Shown here piece by piece: positions 24,806 to 34,391 of a stretch of 64,000 nucleotides of DNA; the first letter of the stretch is position 1; every line of letters begins with the position of its first letter. A program made the translations under genes and the position numbers. Source of the DNA: a virus (taxonomy: Duplodnaviria; Heunggongvirae; Uroviricota; Caudoviricetes); IMG/VR virus record IMGVR_UViG_3300036828_000686, positions 2,333-66,332 of that record. One strand, written 5' to 3'. Below the pieces are notes generated by a model. That model made no database searches, had not been told where the DNA came from, and saw only the letters and a program-made list of their open reading frames with translations.

Positions 24806-25048
24806 ATGGAGCTGAGTCTTGTGAGGATTCCCGGCAGGCGCGAGATGCAAGCCGCCAGTGAGCTGATGAAGAAGGTCCGGCCCGTCGCCCAGGAGCTGAA
24901 CGCGGCCCTGGACAACCTGGCAGAGGAGTATGAGCGATGGCTGACCGCGATGGCGGCGGGGGAATCCCCGGAGCTGCCCGCCGCGGCCCTGAGCGCGGCT
25001 GTGAAGCGTGTCCTGGCGGCCCACGCGACGGATCTCTCGGCCCTGTGA
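24806..25048 (+). CDS. hypothetical protein
   Basis: ATG after GTGATACTGTGCGATACC motif. Confidence 0.4.
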   Translation: MELSLVRIPGRREMQAASELMKKVRPVAQELNAALDNLAEEYERWLTAMAAGESPELPAAALSAAVKRVLAAHATDLSAL

Positions 25049-25281
25049 TGACCCCGTTCAGGATGGAGGTCCTGGAGGTCCTGGAGGTCACCGCGGGGGT
25101 GATCACCGCGGAGGGCCTGCATCAGGTGACGGGCCGCAGTGAGCATGCCTGCCAGATGGCGGCGTCGTGGCTGACCCGCCAGGGGCTGATCCGCCGCCGT
25201 CAGCCGAACCGCCCTGGCCCTGCTGGCTGGCGGGTCACCCCGGAGGGCCTGAAGGTGCTGCGGAACTGGTGGCTGTGGTGA
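25048..25281 (+). CDS. winged-helix-like DNA-binding protein
   Basis: TGATG overlap; LEVLEVTAGVITAEGLHQVTGRSEHACQMAASWLTRQGLIRRR. Confidence 0.4.
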   Translation: MTPFRMEVLEVLEVTAGVITAEGLHQVTGRSEHACQMAASWLTRQGLIRRRQPNRPGPAGWRVTPEGLKVLRNWWLW

Positions 25282-25292
25282 GAGGAGAACAT

Positions 25293-25733
25293 ATGACCCC
25301 GGATGAGCTGGAGCTGTTGTGCCGGAAGTTCCGTGACTGCATGACGGCCGAGGGTGTCTACAACTACTGCCAGGACCGGGTGATGAACCGGATGCTGTAT
25401 GGCGACCCGAAGGGGTACAAGCCTGAGCCTGACCGGGATGAGACGATCCCCCTGGTCATCCCGTACTCCGAGATCGGCCCGGCCCATCCGGGTTTCGTGC
25501 AGGCCGGCACCCAGGTCCCGCCGCCGGCCGTGACTGACGCTGAGGCCATCTACCGCTCCCTGCACCCGTTCCCTGTTGAGCCCCAGCCGGACGCACCTGT
25601 CTTCGGTGCTGATTTCCGCGAGATCGACCCGGCGCTCATGGCCGATGACGCGCCGCACCCCCTGATGTCGGCGTGCAGGTGCGGGAACCAGATCGTGCGG
25701 CAGGCCGCGGAGGGGTCCTGGGAGCACTGCTGA
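25293..25733 (+). CDS. hypothetical protein
   Basis: ATG after GAGGAGAACAT. Confidence 0.45.
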   Translation: MTPDELELLCRKFRDCMTAEGVYNYCQDRVMNRMLYGDPKGYKPEPDRDETIPLVIPYSEIGPAHPGFVQAGTQVPPPAVTDAEAIYRSLHPFPVEPQPDAPVFGADFREIDPALMADDAPHPLMSACRCGNQIVRQAAEGSWEHC

Positions 25734-25945
25734 TGCCGGTCACTGATGACTGCCCTCAGTGTGGCGGGGGTTACGGCTGGTGCAGCTGGTGCGGCTGCTG
25801 TGTTTGTGACTGTGACTGCTGGGCCGAGCGTTACTACGGCACGGTCACCTTCGACCCGCGGTACACGCTGTGGAACGACGAGGCCGGGCAGAAGGTCCGG
25901 CGCCGCCCGGTGGACACGGTCACGCTTGCTGTGAGCCTGCTGTGA
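25733..25945 (+). CDS. Cys-rich small protein
   Basis: CPQCGGGYGWCSWCGCCVCDCDCW. Confidence 0.4.
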   Translation: MPVTDDCPQCGGGYGWCSWCGCCVCDCDCWAERYYGTVTFDPRYTLWNDEAGQKVRRRPVDTVTLAVSLL

Positions 25946-26169
25946 GCGTGGAGGTGCCACCAGGGTGCACCGTGTCTGTTGTTGCCAGGGACTGCGACGG
26001 GGACTGTGTGGCCCTGGTGGATTTCGGCTGCGTGCACGAGCATGTGGAGGTCGCCGTCCCCGTCTGCTCTGAGCATCTGGAACGCAGGCAGGAGATGTAC
26101 TGCTCGGAATGCTGGGCCCAGCATCACGCCTGCCCGATGCTGGCGGGCAATGTTCATCGTGTTACATGA
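25942..26169 (+). CDS. Cys-rich small protein
   Basis: GTGA overlap; CDGDC...CVHEH...CSEH...CSECWAQHHAC. Confidence 0.35.
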   Translation: MSVEVPPGCTVSVVARDCDGDCVALVDFGCVHEHVEVAVPVCSEHLERRQEMYCSECWAQHHACPMLAGNVHRVT

Positions 26170-26176
26170 ACCATTG

Positions 26177-26479
26177 TCACCAGGCGAGCGCGGTGACTTT
26201 CCGCTGGCCCTGGTCGGCGGGGCAGGTGACGTGGTCACCGATCTGCGGTGGCGTGCCGGGGGCGCCGGCGACGTGGCCGCAGCCCAGCCAGGCTGCCCAG
26301 CCGTCGCGGGGTGGCCAGCCGTTCAGGCCGGGTGGCATGACGGTGATGTAGTACTCGGGGTACTTGCCCTCGTTGGGGCAGGAGCTGCCGTGGGCGCCGC
26401 CACCGCTGGCGCGGCACAGCGCGCATGTGGTCCAGCCCGGGTCGGTGCCGGTACCACCGAGACCGATCTGGCAGATCAT
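26177..26479 (-). CDS. hypothetical Cys-containing protein (first gene of minus-strand envelope block, read 3' to 5')
   Basis: ORF. Confidence 0.4.
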   Translation of the reverse strand: MICQIGLGGTGTDPGWTTCALCRASGGGAHGSSCPNEGKYPEYYITVMPPGLNGWPPRDGWAAWLGCGHVAGAPGTPPQIGDHVTCPADQGQRKVTALAW

Positions 26480-26784
26480 GACCCTGGCCGGGGGACGGGT
26501 TCCCAGCCGCGGTCCAGCTGCAGGCGGGGCATCAGGATGGTCTGCTCCTCGGCGGGCACGGGCCGCAGGTGGACCTGCGGGACCGACTCAGGCTGGGTCA
26601 CCTGGCGGCCGTTGAAGCCGCGGAGGCTGAGCCACTCATCGGGCGTCAGGTACACGCGCTTGCGCCGGCCGTGGTAGATGTGCAGCTCCCACTGCTTGTT
26701 CACCTTGACGTGGGTGGCCCAGCTGTACTCCACCGCACGGCCGGTGGCCAGCTCGACGGTCACGCCATAGACGGCGGTCCTCAA
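26476..26784 (-). CDS. hypothetical protein
   Basis: ATGA overlap. Confidence 0.4.
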   Translation of the reverse strand: MRTAVYGVTVELATGRAVEYSWATHVKVNKQWELHIYHGRRKRVYLTPDEWLSLRGFNGRQVTQPESVPQVHLRPVPAEEQTILMPRLQLDRGWEPVPRPGS

Positions 26785-27014
26785 AACAGCTTCTCCTGTA
26801 TCCAGTCGTCTTCAGCCTGAATGATGTCTGCCTGGCGCTGCATGAGCCCCAGGTGCTCGGTGAGCCGCCAGCCGGTGTCGCACCGGACGGCCTCGTTCTC
26901 GGGGATGCCCTTGTGCTGCCGGTTGCATGACAGGCAGATGTGCATGTGGGCGCGGAGGGCTTCCTCGGCCCGGCGGGCCTCGGCCCTGGCGGCCCTGGTG
27001 ATGCGGTCAGCCAT
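26781..27014 (-). CDS. Zn-finger small protein (CLSCN...C)
   Basis: ATGA overlap. Confidence 0.4.
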   Translation of the reverse strand: MADRITRAARAEARRAEEALRAHMHICLSCNRQHKGIPENEAVRCDTGWRLTEHLGLMQRQADIIQAEDDWIQEKLF

Positions 27015-27031
27015 CGCCAGGGCCGTCGTCG

Positions 27032-27385
27032 TCAGGCCCGAAGGGGTCGCTGCAGCATTCCCATGTCCCTGGCCTTGGCCAGCGCACGGACCGCAGCATC
27101 TTCCGCAACCACTTCACGTTCGTCCTCGTTCCGCAGGGCGACCCGGGACAGGTAGATCATGTGCAGCGGGTCGATCCGGGCTGGGATCAGGCCGTACAGG
27201 TGAGCGGTTGTCACCGCCCAGGCGGCACCGACGAGCACGGCGCTGACTGGCCCGCGGCGGTTGGCCCGGCGCCAGGCGTCGGACAGCTGCTGGTCATCCG
27301 GGGCGGTCAGGTCCCAGACCAGGATGCCGATTGCGACGAGTGCCCAGCCGAGGCCGCCGCGGCGGATCTCCATGCGTTCCATCAT
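27032..27385 (-). CDS. membrane protein (3 TM)
   Basis: hydrophobic segments LGWALVAIGILVW, AVLVGAAWAVTTAHLYGLI. Confidence 0.45.
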   Translation of the reverse strand: MMERMEIRRGGLGWALVAIGILVWDLTAPDDQQLSDAWRRANRRGPVSAVLVGAAWAVTTAHLYGLIPARIDPLHMIYLSRVALRNEDEREVVAEDAAVRALAKARDMGMLQRPLRA

Positions 27386-27417
27386 GAACCCCTCCGGGCC
27401 CGGCGGCGGTGTTTTAC

Positions 27418-27541
27418 TCAGCCAGTTCCTGGCCGTGCCGCGACAGCCACGCCGCGGCGGCGGCGGTGAGGCCGGCCAGGGTGAGCAGGGTCATCGCGGC
27501 GGCCTTCTTGCTGCGGGTCCGGGCAGCTTCGTGCTTACTCA
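27418..27541 (-). CDS. 41-aa single-TM peptide
   Basis: MSKHEAARTRSKKAAAMTLLTLAGLTAAAAAWLSRHGQELAE; below ORF-track cutoff. Confidence 0.25.
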
Positions 27542-27560
27542 TTGTTCTCCTTGGGGGGGG

Positions 27561-27962
27561 TTACCAGTTCTCACCAAACAAGCCCATGTCGTGGGCTTCC
27601 CGCGCGAGCCGCATGCAGCGGTCGCGTTCCTCGCCTTCCAGTACGGCCAGGGCGCGGATTTCCTCGCCCGTCTCGTACAGGCGGCCGTCTCTGGGGTTGA
27701 TCGCTACCTTGTGGCCCACCACCCCGCCTGACTCGGAGGCGGGGGTGCCGCCGAGTGCAGCCTCGATCTGCTCGTCCATCTGCCGCTTCAGCAGGTCCGC
27801 GAGTTCGCTCCACCGCATCCATGAAACGTGCATGAGCAGGATCATGGCCATCCGCGGGGACAGTGCGTCGGCGCCCTCGGGGAGCCGGGCCCGCCAGGCG
27901 GTGACGCTGGCGCCTTCGGGGATGGGCGGGAGCTGTCCCCTGGGGACTGGGGGATTGGTCAT
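27561..27962 (-). CDS. hypothetical protein
   Basis: ORF. Confidence 0.45.
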   Translation of the reverse strand: MTNPPVPRGQLPPIPEGASVTAWRARLPEGADALSPRMAMILLMHVSWMRWSELADLLKRQMDEQIEAALGGTPASESGGVVGHKVAINPRDGRLYETGEEIRALAVLEGEERDRCMRLAREAHDMGLFGENW

Positions 27963-28339
27963 CGCGGGGCTCCCATCTCCTGGGCCCAGCCGGCGATCTC
28001 CTCACGGACGTCGTCGCACCATGTCGTGAACGTGCAGGTGGTCATGACCGCCCAGGACGTCTCGTAGGCGCCCCCGTCCGGGCGCAGTATCAGCCGTGCG
28101 TCCTTCCAGGGTGCCTCGCTCATGATGAGCGTGCCGTGGGGGTGGACGCGGCGCAGTTTCAGCACCGGGTCGCGCAGGCCGGCCAGGAACGTCTCCGTCC
28201 TGGCCAGCTCAGCGTCGTCGTCGGCGTACCGGCGCCTGGCTGCCCGCCACCGGCCTGCCCCGTACAGGATGAGCGCGGTGAGCAGGGCCAGGACCCCGGC
28301 GAGGTACAGTTCCCGGTCGGTGAACATGCCGGTGATCAC
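27959..28339 (-). CDS. N-terminally membrane-anchored protein
   Basis: ATGA overlap; LYLAGVLALLTALILYGAG. Confidence 0.45.
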   Translation of the reverse strand: MITGMFTDRELYLAGVLALLTALILYGAGRWRAARRRYADDDAELARTETFLAGLRDPVLKLRRVHPHGTLIMSEAPWKDARLILRPDGGAYETSWAVMTTCTFTTWCDDVREEIAGWAQEMGAPR

Positions 28340-28460
28340 TGTCCGCCACCTCCGTCATTCCAGTGGTGTATCACGTGACTGATGAGGGCGATAGCGCCGG
28401 CGAAGACGCCGCACATGATCACGTCCACGTCGAACAGGAGCTGCTGCCAGTAGGTACCCA

Positions 28461-28865
28461 TCAGGGGTAGACCAGGTAGTACTTGCCGTTGCGGAACTTC
28501 TGGAACCACGCCCTGGTGAGCCACTCATTGCTGCCGCAGTAGGCGATCGAGGCGTACTCGGTGGAGAACCGCCAGGCCCCGTTGCTGTAGTAGTGGGTGC
28601 CGTTGGCGCGGTAGCACTTCGCGCGGGCGTGGTAATACCAGTGGCAGGAGTCCTCGGTGGCGCGCGTGGATGTCGAGCCGTTGTGGCCGGGGAACGTGAT
28701 GGAGCTGGTCCGCCACGTGCAGGTCCGGTCCGGCGAGCTGGCCGTGACCACCGTCCTGGGTGCCGGGCTGGCCGTCACCGCGGGGATGACGGCCAGCGAC
28801 ACGGCGGCGTCGAGCACCAGGAACGGGCCTCCGATGAGCAGGATTTTCCTGAGCGTCTTGTCCAC
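28461..28865 (-). CDS. secreted Tyr/Trp-rich protein with signal peptide
   Basis: N-term KILLIGGPFLVLDAAVSLAVIPAVTASPAP; YYHARAKCYRANGTHYYSNGAWRFSTEYASIAYCGSNEW. Confidence 0.5.
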   Translation of the reverse strand: MDKTLRKILLIGGPFLVLDAAVSLAVIPAVTASPAPRTVVTASSPDRTCTWRTSSITFPGHNGSTSTRATEDSCHWYYHARAKCYRANGTHYYSNGAWRFSTEYASIAYCGSNEWLTRAWFQKFRNGKYYLVYP

Positions 28866-28879
28866 CAGTTTTCCCTCTC

Positions 28880-29737
28880 TCAGTGCATGCTGGCCGGGTA
28901 GAAGTACCAGAGGTGCCAGCCGTTGTTGAACCCGAACTTGGCCATGCCGCCGAGCACTATCAGCACGAACGATGCGGTCAGGAAGGCGACGATGAGCCCC
29001 TTGCTGGCCGGGGACCGCGTTTCGGTGTCGGTGTGGTTGGCCCGCATCTCGGAGTACCGCTCACGCGGGGCGGGCGGGCCGAGCGGGGTGCGCACCCACA
29101 GCGGGGTGTAGCCCTTGCCCTTGCCTCTCGCCACGTCCACCGCGTGGTCCACCAGGTAGCCCTGGAGGACGGCGCCGACTGGCTTCCACAGCGGGCGCAT
29201 GGCGAAACCGATGAGCAGGCCCAGGATGATGCTGAGCGTGCTGTAGGACCAGTTCGCGGGGGCCCAGTGGATGATGGCGTAGGTGCCGGCGATGATGAGC
29301 GCCCCGGTGACCAGGAGCAGCAGCGGCGGGGTCAGGATGAGCCTGACGGTGCCGATCTTCTTGCCCCAGTACTTCGGCGGCGCGGCCAGCATGGAGCCGA
29401 ACAGCGCGAAGGCCGCGGGCTCGCCGTCGTTGCGGATGGCGTGCCGGTACAGGTACCAGCTGCCTGAGTGGATGAAGCCCATCCCCCCGTCCCACCAGCT
29501 CTTGATGAGCGAGGTCCCGGTGTGAATGCCCAGCATGCTGATGTGCCAGGGCACCTCAACGACCGCGAAGTACAGGCCGGCGAACAGCAGCACCCCGGCG
29601 AAGCCGATGAGGGAGCCGTGGGCGACGGACTGCACGAAGCGGAACTTGATGGGCTTGCCGTTGACGTTGATCTTCCCGGGCTTGGGCGGCAGCAGGCCGT
29701 GGAACCGGCGCGGGCCGCCGAGGGTTTGCGTGGTCAC
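28880..29737 (-). CDS. polytopic membrane protein (about 6 TM)
   Basis: multiple hydrophobic helices. Confidence 0.5.
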   Translation of the reverse strand: MTTQTLGGPRRFHGLLPPKPGKINVNGKPIKFRFVQSVAHGSLIGFAGVLLFAGLYFAVVEVPWHISMLGIHTGTSLIKSWWDGGMGFIHSGSWYLYRHAIRNDGEPAAFALFGSMLAAPPKYWGKKIGTVRLILTPPLLLLVTGALIIAGTYAIIHWAPANWSYSTLSIILGLLIGFAMRPLWKPVGAVLQGYLVDHAVDVARGKGKGYTPLWVRTPLGPPAPRERYSEMRANHTDTETRSPASKGLIVAFLTASFVLIVLGGMAKFGFNNGWHLWYFYPASMH

Positions 29738-30282
29738 TGGGGGGCTCCGACGATGCAGCCGCTGATGCCGACGAGCCAGGGGCTGACGTCAGTCTTGGAC
29801 AGCGGCAGGTTCAGCCGCCTGACGCACTTCCACGCGGCGTGCCGGGTGGCCTTGGGCGCGGCGCAGTTGACGACGCCCTCGGCCTTCTTGATGGGGTGGA
29901 ACAGGAGCTTGTAGCTGTAGTGGGTGAGCTGCACCTGCGGGGTGTTCGCGACCCCGGGGATGGCGGCCTGGCCAGTGGCGGCGCCGGTCTTCACCACGAA
30001 GGCGAGTTCGCCATGCGTGGCGCTCGACGCGCAGTTCGCCATCTTGCGCAGGGCCAGCACTTCATCGTGGGCGACAGCGGGATTCTTCGCGAAGGCGCTG
30101 GCGCTGGCCTTAGCCTTGGCTGCGGCGCTGCTGGCGCCGGGGTGCGGCGTGCCAGAGGGGTTGCATCCGGTGACAGCCAGGGCCACGGCGGCCAGGGTCA
30201 GCCCTGCAGCGGCTGGGATGGTTCGCACAGGGGTCCTCCTGTTTGGTAAAGGGTGTGCGACCACAGTATCGCTCAGTATCAT
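29734..30282 (-). CDS. putative lipoprotein
   Basis: LTLAAVALAVTGC lipobox-like signal; ATGA overlap. Confidence 0.5.
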   Translation of the reverse strand: MILSDTVVAHPLPNRRTPVRTIPAAAGLTLAAVALAVTGCNPSGTPHPGASSAAAKAKASASAFAKNPAVAHDEVLALRKMANCASSATHGELAFVVKTGAATGQAAIPGVANTPQVQLTHYSYKLLFHPIKKAEGVVNCAAPKATRHAAWKCVRRLNLPLSKTDVSPWLVGISGCIVGAPQ

Positions 30283-30295
30283 GGAAAAAGCAAAT

Positions 30296-30949
30296 CTAGT
30301 CCAGCCGTATCACGGCCAGGAAGCCCTTGATGCGCTCGTCCATGAAGCGCATCTCCTCACTGAGCCAGCCGTACGCATCCACTTCGGCGTCGGTGAACGG
30401 CCGGCCCTCCCGGCTGGCCGCGTCGGCCAGCAGCCACAGTTGCTGATGCGCTTGCAGCCGCCGCTCCCGCAGCCTGCACAGCGCCTCCGGCTCAGGCGGG
30501 GGCGATGTCCCGCCACCCCCGCCGAAGCTGCCGCTGCCGCCAGCGCCACCGGCCCAGTGCGTGACATTGACGTGGCCCGACTCGTTCGTCCGGCTCTGCC
30601 CCCGGAGCGGGATGTAGGTGCTGCCCCCGCCGATCAGTGAGACAACTTCCTCCGGTGGCGCGAACAACCGCCGGTCGCTGATGGTGCAGTCCTTCACCCC
30701 GGCCTTCGCCGGGTCACCCTCCAGCGGGCTGAACATCGCGATGGCCTTGCGCTCAGCCTCCCTGACCATGTCGGCCAGTGGCCGGGCCAGCTCCTTCTGC
30801 AGCCGGGCTACCGCGGCCGGGTCGGCGTCCTCGCGGAAGGCCCAGGCGATGTCGGGGTCCAGCTCCGGTACCGGGGGCACCTCTGCCACCGGAGGCGGCT
30901 CCGCTACCAGGGGTGCCCTCAGTGCGCGCATGCGCCTGTGGTGGCTCAC
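30296..30949 (-). CDS. hypothetical protein with Gly-rich segment
   Basis: ORF; AGGAGGSGSFGGGGGTSPPPEPE. Confidence 0.45.
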   Translation of the reverse strand: MSHHRRMRALRAPLVAEPPPVAEVPPVPELDPDIAWAFREDADPAAVARLQKELARPLADMVREAERKAIAMFSPLEGDPAKAGVKDCTISDRRLFAPPEEVVSLIGGGSTYIPLRGQSRTNESGHVNVTHWAGGAGGSGSFGGGGGTSPPPEPEALCRLRERRLQAHQQLWLLADAASREGRPFTDAEVDAYGWLSEEMRFMDERIKGFLAVIRLD

Positions 30950-31023
30950 CAGGGCCTACACGACGAACATCGTGTAGACCAGGAGGGCCATCAGCTGGCC
31001 CAGGCCGGCGAAAATGTCGTACG

Positions 31024-31401
31024 TCATCCGCCTGCCGGGTCCCCGCTGGTGCCCGGCTCCTCACGGTAGTCGGCCTCGTCATCGGAGGTGAAGGCGTCGG
31101 TGATCTCGACCTCCAGGTCGTAGGGGAGCTGCTCGGTGCCCATCCGCTGGTTCAGGGACCGTTCCATGATCCGCCGGGTCACCTTCTGGTCGTCGGGGCG
31201 GAGCACGACCTCGATACGGCGCAGCCGCACCCGCGCGGTGCGGGTGCGGCTGTCCTTGTCCAGCACTACTTCCTTGGCGTCCACCAGGGCGATGACCACG
31301 AAGTGCTGCGGCTCATCGGTGAGCAGCTCAGGCAGGATGGCCACCAGGCCGTTCCCGTCACCCGCGGGGAGCTTGGCGATGAGCTTGATCGGGTCAGCCA
31401 C
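31024..31401 (-). CDS. hypothetical protein
   Basis: ORF. Confidence 0.45.
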   Translation of the reverse strand: MADPIKLIAKLPAGDGNGLVAILPELLTDEPQHFVVIALVDAKEVVLDKDSRTRTARVRLRRIEVVLRPDDQKVTRRIMERSLNQRMGTEQLPYDLEVEITDAFTSDDEADYREEPGTSGDPAGG

Positions 31402-31417
31402 GGCGGCCTCCTGTGGG

Positions 31418-32361
31418 TCAGGGCTTCGGTACCACGACGGTAGACCCGCCGCCGCCGCCCTGCCAGCAGTTGAACCCGGCGGGGTTCATGTTCTGCTTGA
31501 CCATGGCCTCCGCGATGTTGGCCATGCAGAAGTAGGCCACCACGTTGGGGTCGTTGGAGATCTGGCTGTGCAGGATCTTGGCCGCGGCGGCCTGCTTGGA
31601 GGCGGTCTGGATGTTCTGGGCCGCGATGAAGGTGTCCGCGATGGACGCCTGGTAGCGGTTCAGGCGGGCCTGGGTCTGCGGGTCGAAGGCGACGTAGGGG
31701 ATGACCAGGGCGTGCGGCCTGACGATGATGTCGCCGCCGATGAGGTGACCCAGGTCGGTCTCAACCAGGCGGGCGATGGGGGACAGTGCCGCCGCGGCCT
31801 GGGATTTGGCTGCAGCTCCCGGGCCGGTGCCGACCTTGGCCAGGGCCTCGATGGGGGAGTAGGTCTCCAGCCGGGAGTTCAGGTCGGAGTCGAGGGTCCG
31901 CACGATCAGGTAGTCGTTCATCCGGGCCTGGTTGCCGCGGTATGCCTTGAACAGCGCGTCGGACGCGGAGGGCTTGACCTGGTAGGCGAAGGTCAGGGTG
32001 AGGCAGGCGGACTGGCCGCCGCCGATGCGGACCAGCAGGCAGTGGTCGGGCTTGTTCTGGTTCTGGTCCCGGCCGTAGCTGACGACCTGCACGGAGTCAT
32101 CCCAGGCGGTGACGTTGTCCCAGGGCGGCTTCAGGTGCGGGCCGGGGGACAGGTCCCCGACTGTCTTGCCGAAGGCGGTTTCCACGCCCACGTCGGACGT
32201 GCCGACCGAGGCGAAGCTGGAGAAGAACAGCACGATGATGGCCAGCAGGCCGGCCCCCCCGGCGACGGCCCACCCGCCCCACTGCCTGGTCACCACCCCG
32301 AAGATGACCCCGCCGATGGCGAGCAGGACGAGGATGACGACGATGAAAACTGCGCCCATTA
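31418..32361 (-). CDS. SPFH/band-7 (stomatin/prohibitin-like) membrane protein
   Basis: N-terminal TM then band-7-like core; C-terminal Ala/Gln coiled region. Confidence 0.55.
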
Positions 32362-32595
32362 GAGCTTCTTCCGTTCTCGGTACAGGTCTATCTCGGATGC
32401 GACGTAGGCCGCCGTGGCGTCCACGCCACGGCGGCTGTCGGTGAACTCGTACAGGTGGCTGAGCAGCCGGGCCAGGTCGTCGGCCTGGGCTGCCCTGGCG
32501 ATGGACTTGCGCTTGCTGGTGCCGCGCCAGATGAGGACGGCAGCAGCAAGGCACGCGAGGAACGCCAGGACGCCGCCGAAGTCAATCTCCAGCAT
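32359..32595 (-). CDS. small membrane protein upstream of SPFH gene (NfeD-like partner candidate)
   Basis: ATGA coupling to SPFH gene; N-terminal TM. Confidence 0.35.
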   Translation of the reverse strand: MLEIDFGGVLAFLACLAAAVLIWRGTSKRKSIARAAQADDLARLLSHLYEFTDSRRGVDATAAYVASEIDLYRERKKL

Positions 32596-32812
32596 CTGAT
32601 TCCGGGTGCATGAACAGGGTGAACACCGCGCCTGCGGCTGCCCCGCAGAGGCTGGCTGTCACCGAGGCGAGCGGGGTCGCCCGGTCCCGGTCCCCGCCCG
32701 CGGCGTGCCCGTGGTAGCGGGCCAGCGCGCTCACCACGGCGGCGGCGGTCCCGCCGATCAGGGCGCGGCCGATGTCGATCTTCGCCTCGCGGCTGGGCAT
32801 CTTCATTTGCAT
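32582..32812 (-). CDS. small Gly/Ala-rich membrane protein
   Basis: internal ATG (MQMKMPSRE...) of ORF 32582-32998. Confidence 0.3.
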   Translation of the reverse strand: MQMKMPSREAKIDIGRALIGGTAAAVVSALARYHGHAAGGDRDRATPLASVTASLCGAAAGAVFTLFMHPESDAGD

Positions 32813-32967
32813 GTCGGGTTCCTTCCCGGGGGTGAACGCTAGCAGGTGTGCACTGGCTACGCTACCTAAGGGTACCGAAGGGTGATTGCAGTAACTGTCG
32901 GATGCTTGTGCCAGGATGCTCTCAGTCAACGAGAGGCCGCGCAGTGACCGAGCAGAACAGGGGCCAG

Positions 32968-34176
32968 ATGGCCCGCCGGGAGCCTGACCGCCCGGCAACG
33001 ATGGACCCGAGCCAGAAGATCACCGACCTGAACGAGGCGATCCGGCTGTGCGACTTCCTGGCCCGCTCCACCCTGGTGCCGTCGTCGCTGCAGGGCAAGG
33101 CCGCCAACATCTTCATCATCATCATGGCGGGCCAGGAGATGAACCTGCCGTGGCCGGTGGCGCTGCGGACGATCTACTCCCCGTCCGATGGGCAGGTGGG
33201 CATCCGCGGCCAGCTGCTCCTGGCCAAGCTCCGCGAGGCCGGGCACAGCTACAGGTGGGAGGAGACCGACACGTCCTGCACCTTCTACCTGAAGCGCAAC
33301 GCCTACCGGGCCGACCTGCCCGATGAGGATGAGATCCACGCGACGTTCACCACCGACGATGCAGTCCAGGCTGGCCTGGCCAAGCGGCAGGGGGACACCA
33401 TCGTCGCCTTGTCACAGCACGGCCGGGCGATGCCGTGGCAGCAGTACTCCGGGGACATGCTGTTCTGGCGGGCCGTGGCGAAGTGCGTCCGCCGCGGCGC
33501 CCCCGAGGTGATGCTCGGGTTCGAGGTTCAGGGAGCCGAGGCTGTCCGTGAGCCCGAGCCTGAAGTTCAGCTGAAGCCGGGCCTGAGCACCGTTGTCAAC
33601 GCGACCGGCGAGCCTGAGCAGGTCCTGGCCCCCGACGCGGGCCTGCGGGACCTGGATGCGCGGATGCGCGGGCAGGACGCGGGCGAGACCGGGGTGATGG
33701 AGGTGGACCCTGGCCCGCTGGGGACCACGGAGCCGCTGATCGACCCGGACTGCGCGGCGGGGAAGCACGCCTCGTGTCCTGGTGACCCGTGCGAGTGCCA
33801 GTGCCACGCCCTGGCGGAGGAGCCTGCCGCTGCAGAGCCTGCAGCGACGCCGGGCAGGGCCGCAGCGCGGGCCAAGAGCCAGGTCCTGGCCCAGCAGTTC
33901 GAGGCGCTGGGCTGGGCGCCGAAGACGTACCGCGCCGATGTGCTGAAGGCGTGCTCAGTGTTCTTGCGGCGCCGGGTTGGCGGGGTCCGGGAGATGACCG
34001 CTGATGAGATGACGCGGCTGGCGGAGGAGCTGTCCCGGCTGCAGCGCAAGCACATGGATGAGCCGGACACCTACCCGGTGGCCCTGGCCGACAAGGTCGA
34101 GGAGTGGCGCGAAGCCTGGGAGCGGGAGGATATTGCTGCCTACGAGCGCTACACCGAAGGGACGAAGTCATCGTGA
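32968..34176 (+). CDS. RecT-like ssDNA-annealing recombinase
   Basis: IFIIIMAGQEMNLPWPVALRTIY...GQVGIRGQLLLAKLREAGH matches RecT core pattern; followed by a nuclease. Confidence 0.5.
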   Translation: MARREPDRPATMDPSQKITDLNEAIRLCDFLARSTLVPSSLQGKAANIFIIIMAGQEMNLPWPVALRTIYSPSDGQVGIRGQLLLAKLREAGHSYRWEETDTSCTFYLKRNAYRADLPDEDEIHATFTTDDAVQAGLAKRQGDTIVALSQHGRAMPWQQYSGDMLFWRAVAKCVRRGAPEVMLGFEVQGAEAVREPEPEVQLKPGLSTVVNATGEPEQVLAPDAGLRDLDARMRGQDAGETGVMEVDPGPLGTTEPLIDPDCAAGKHASCPGDPCECQCHALAEEPAAAEPAATPGRAAARAKSQVLAQQFEALGWAPKTYRADVLKACSVFLRRRVGGVREMTADEMTRLAEELSRLQRKHMDEPDTYPVALADKVEEWREAWEREDIAAYERYTEGTKSS

Positions 34177-34391
34177 ACGCGGAGCTGCTGGACCAGGTGA
34201 TCCGCTTCGGCGTCATGGCCGCGGACATGGAAGCGCTGGCGACCGCACCGCCGCACGAGACGGGTGCCCGGTACACCCGGCGGCTGGTGGAGACCGCGAT
34301 CCGGCACCTGGTGAAGGCAGGGCTGCTGGAGGTGGCGCCGGACGCGGCGGCACGGATGGAAGCAGGCGTCCTGGTGGAGTACAAGCCGTGA
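34173..34391 (+). CDS. hypothetical small protein
   Basis: GTGA overlap. Confidence 0.4.
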   Translation: MNAELLDQVIRFGVMAADMEALATAPPHETGARYTRRLVETAIRHLVKAGLLEVAPDAAARMEAGVLVEYKP

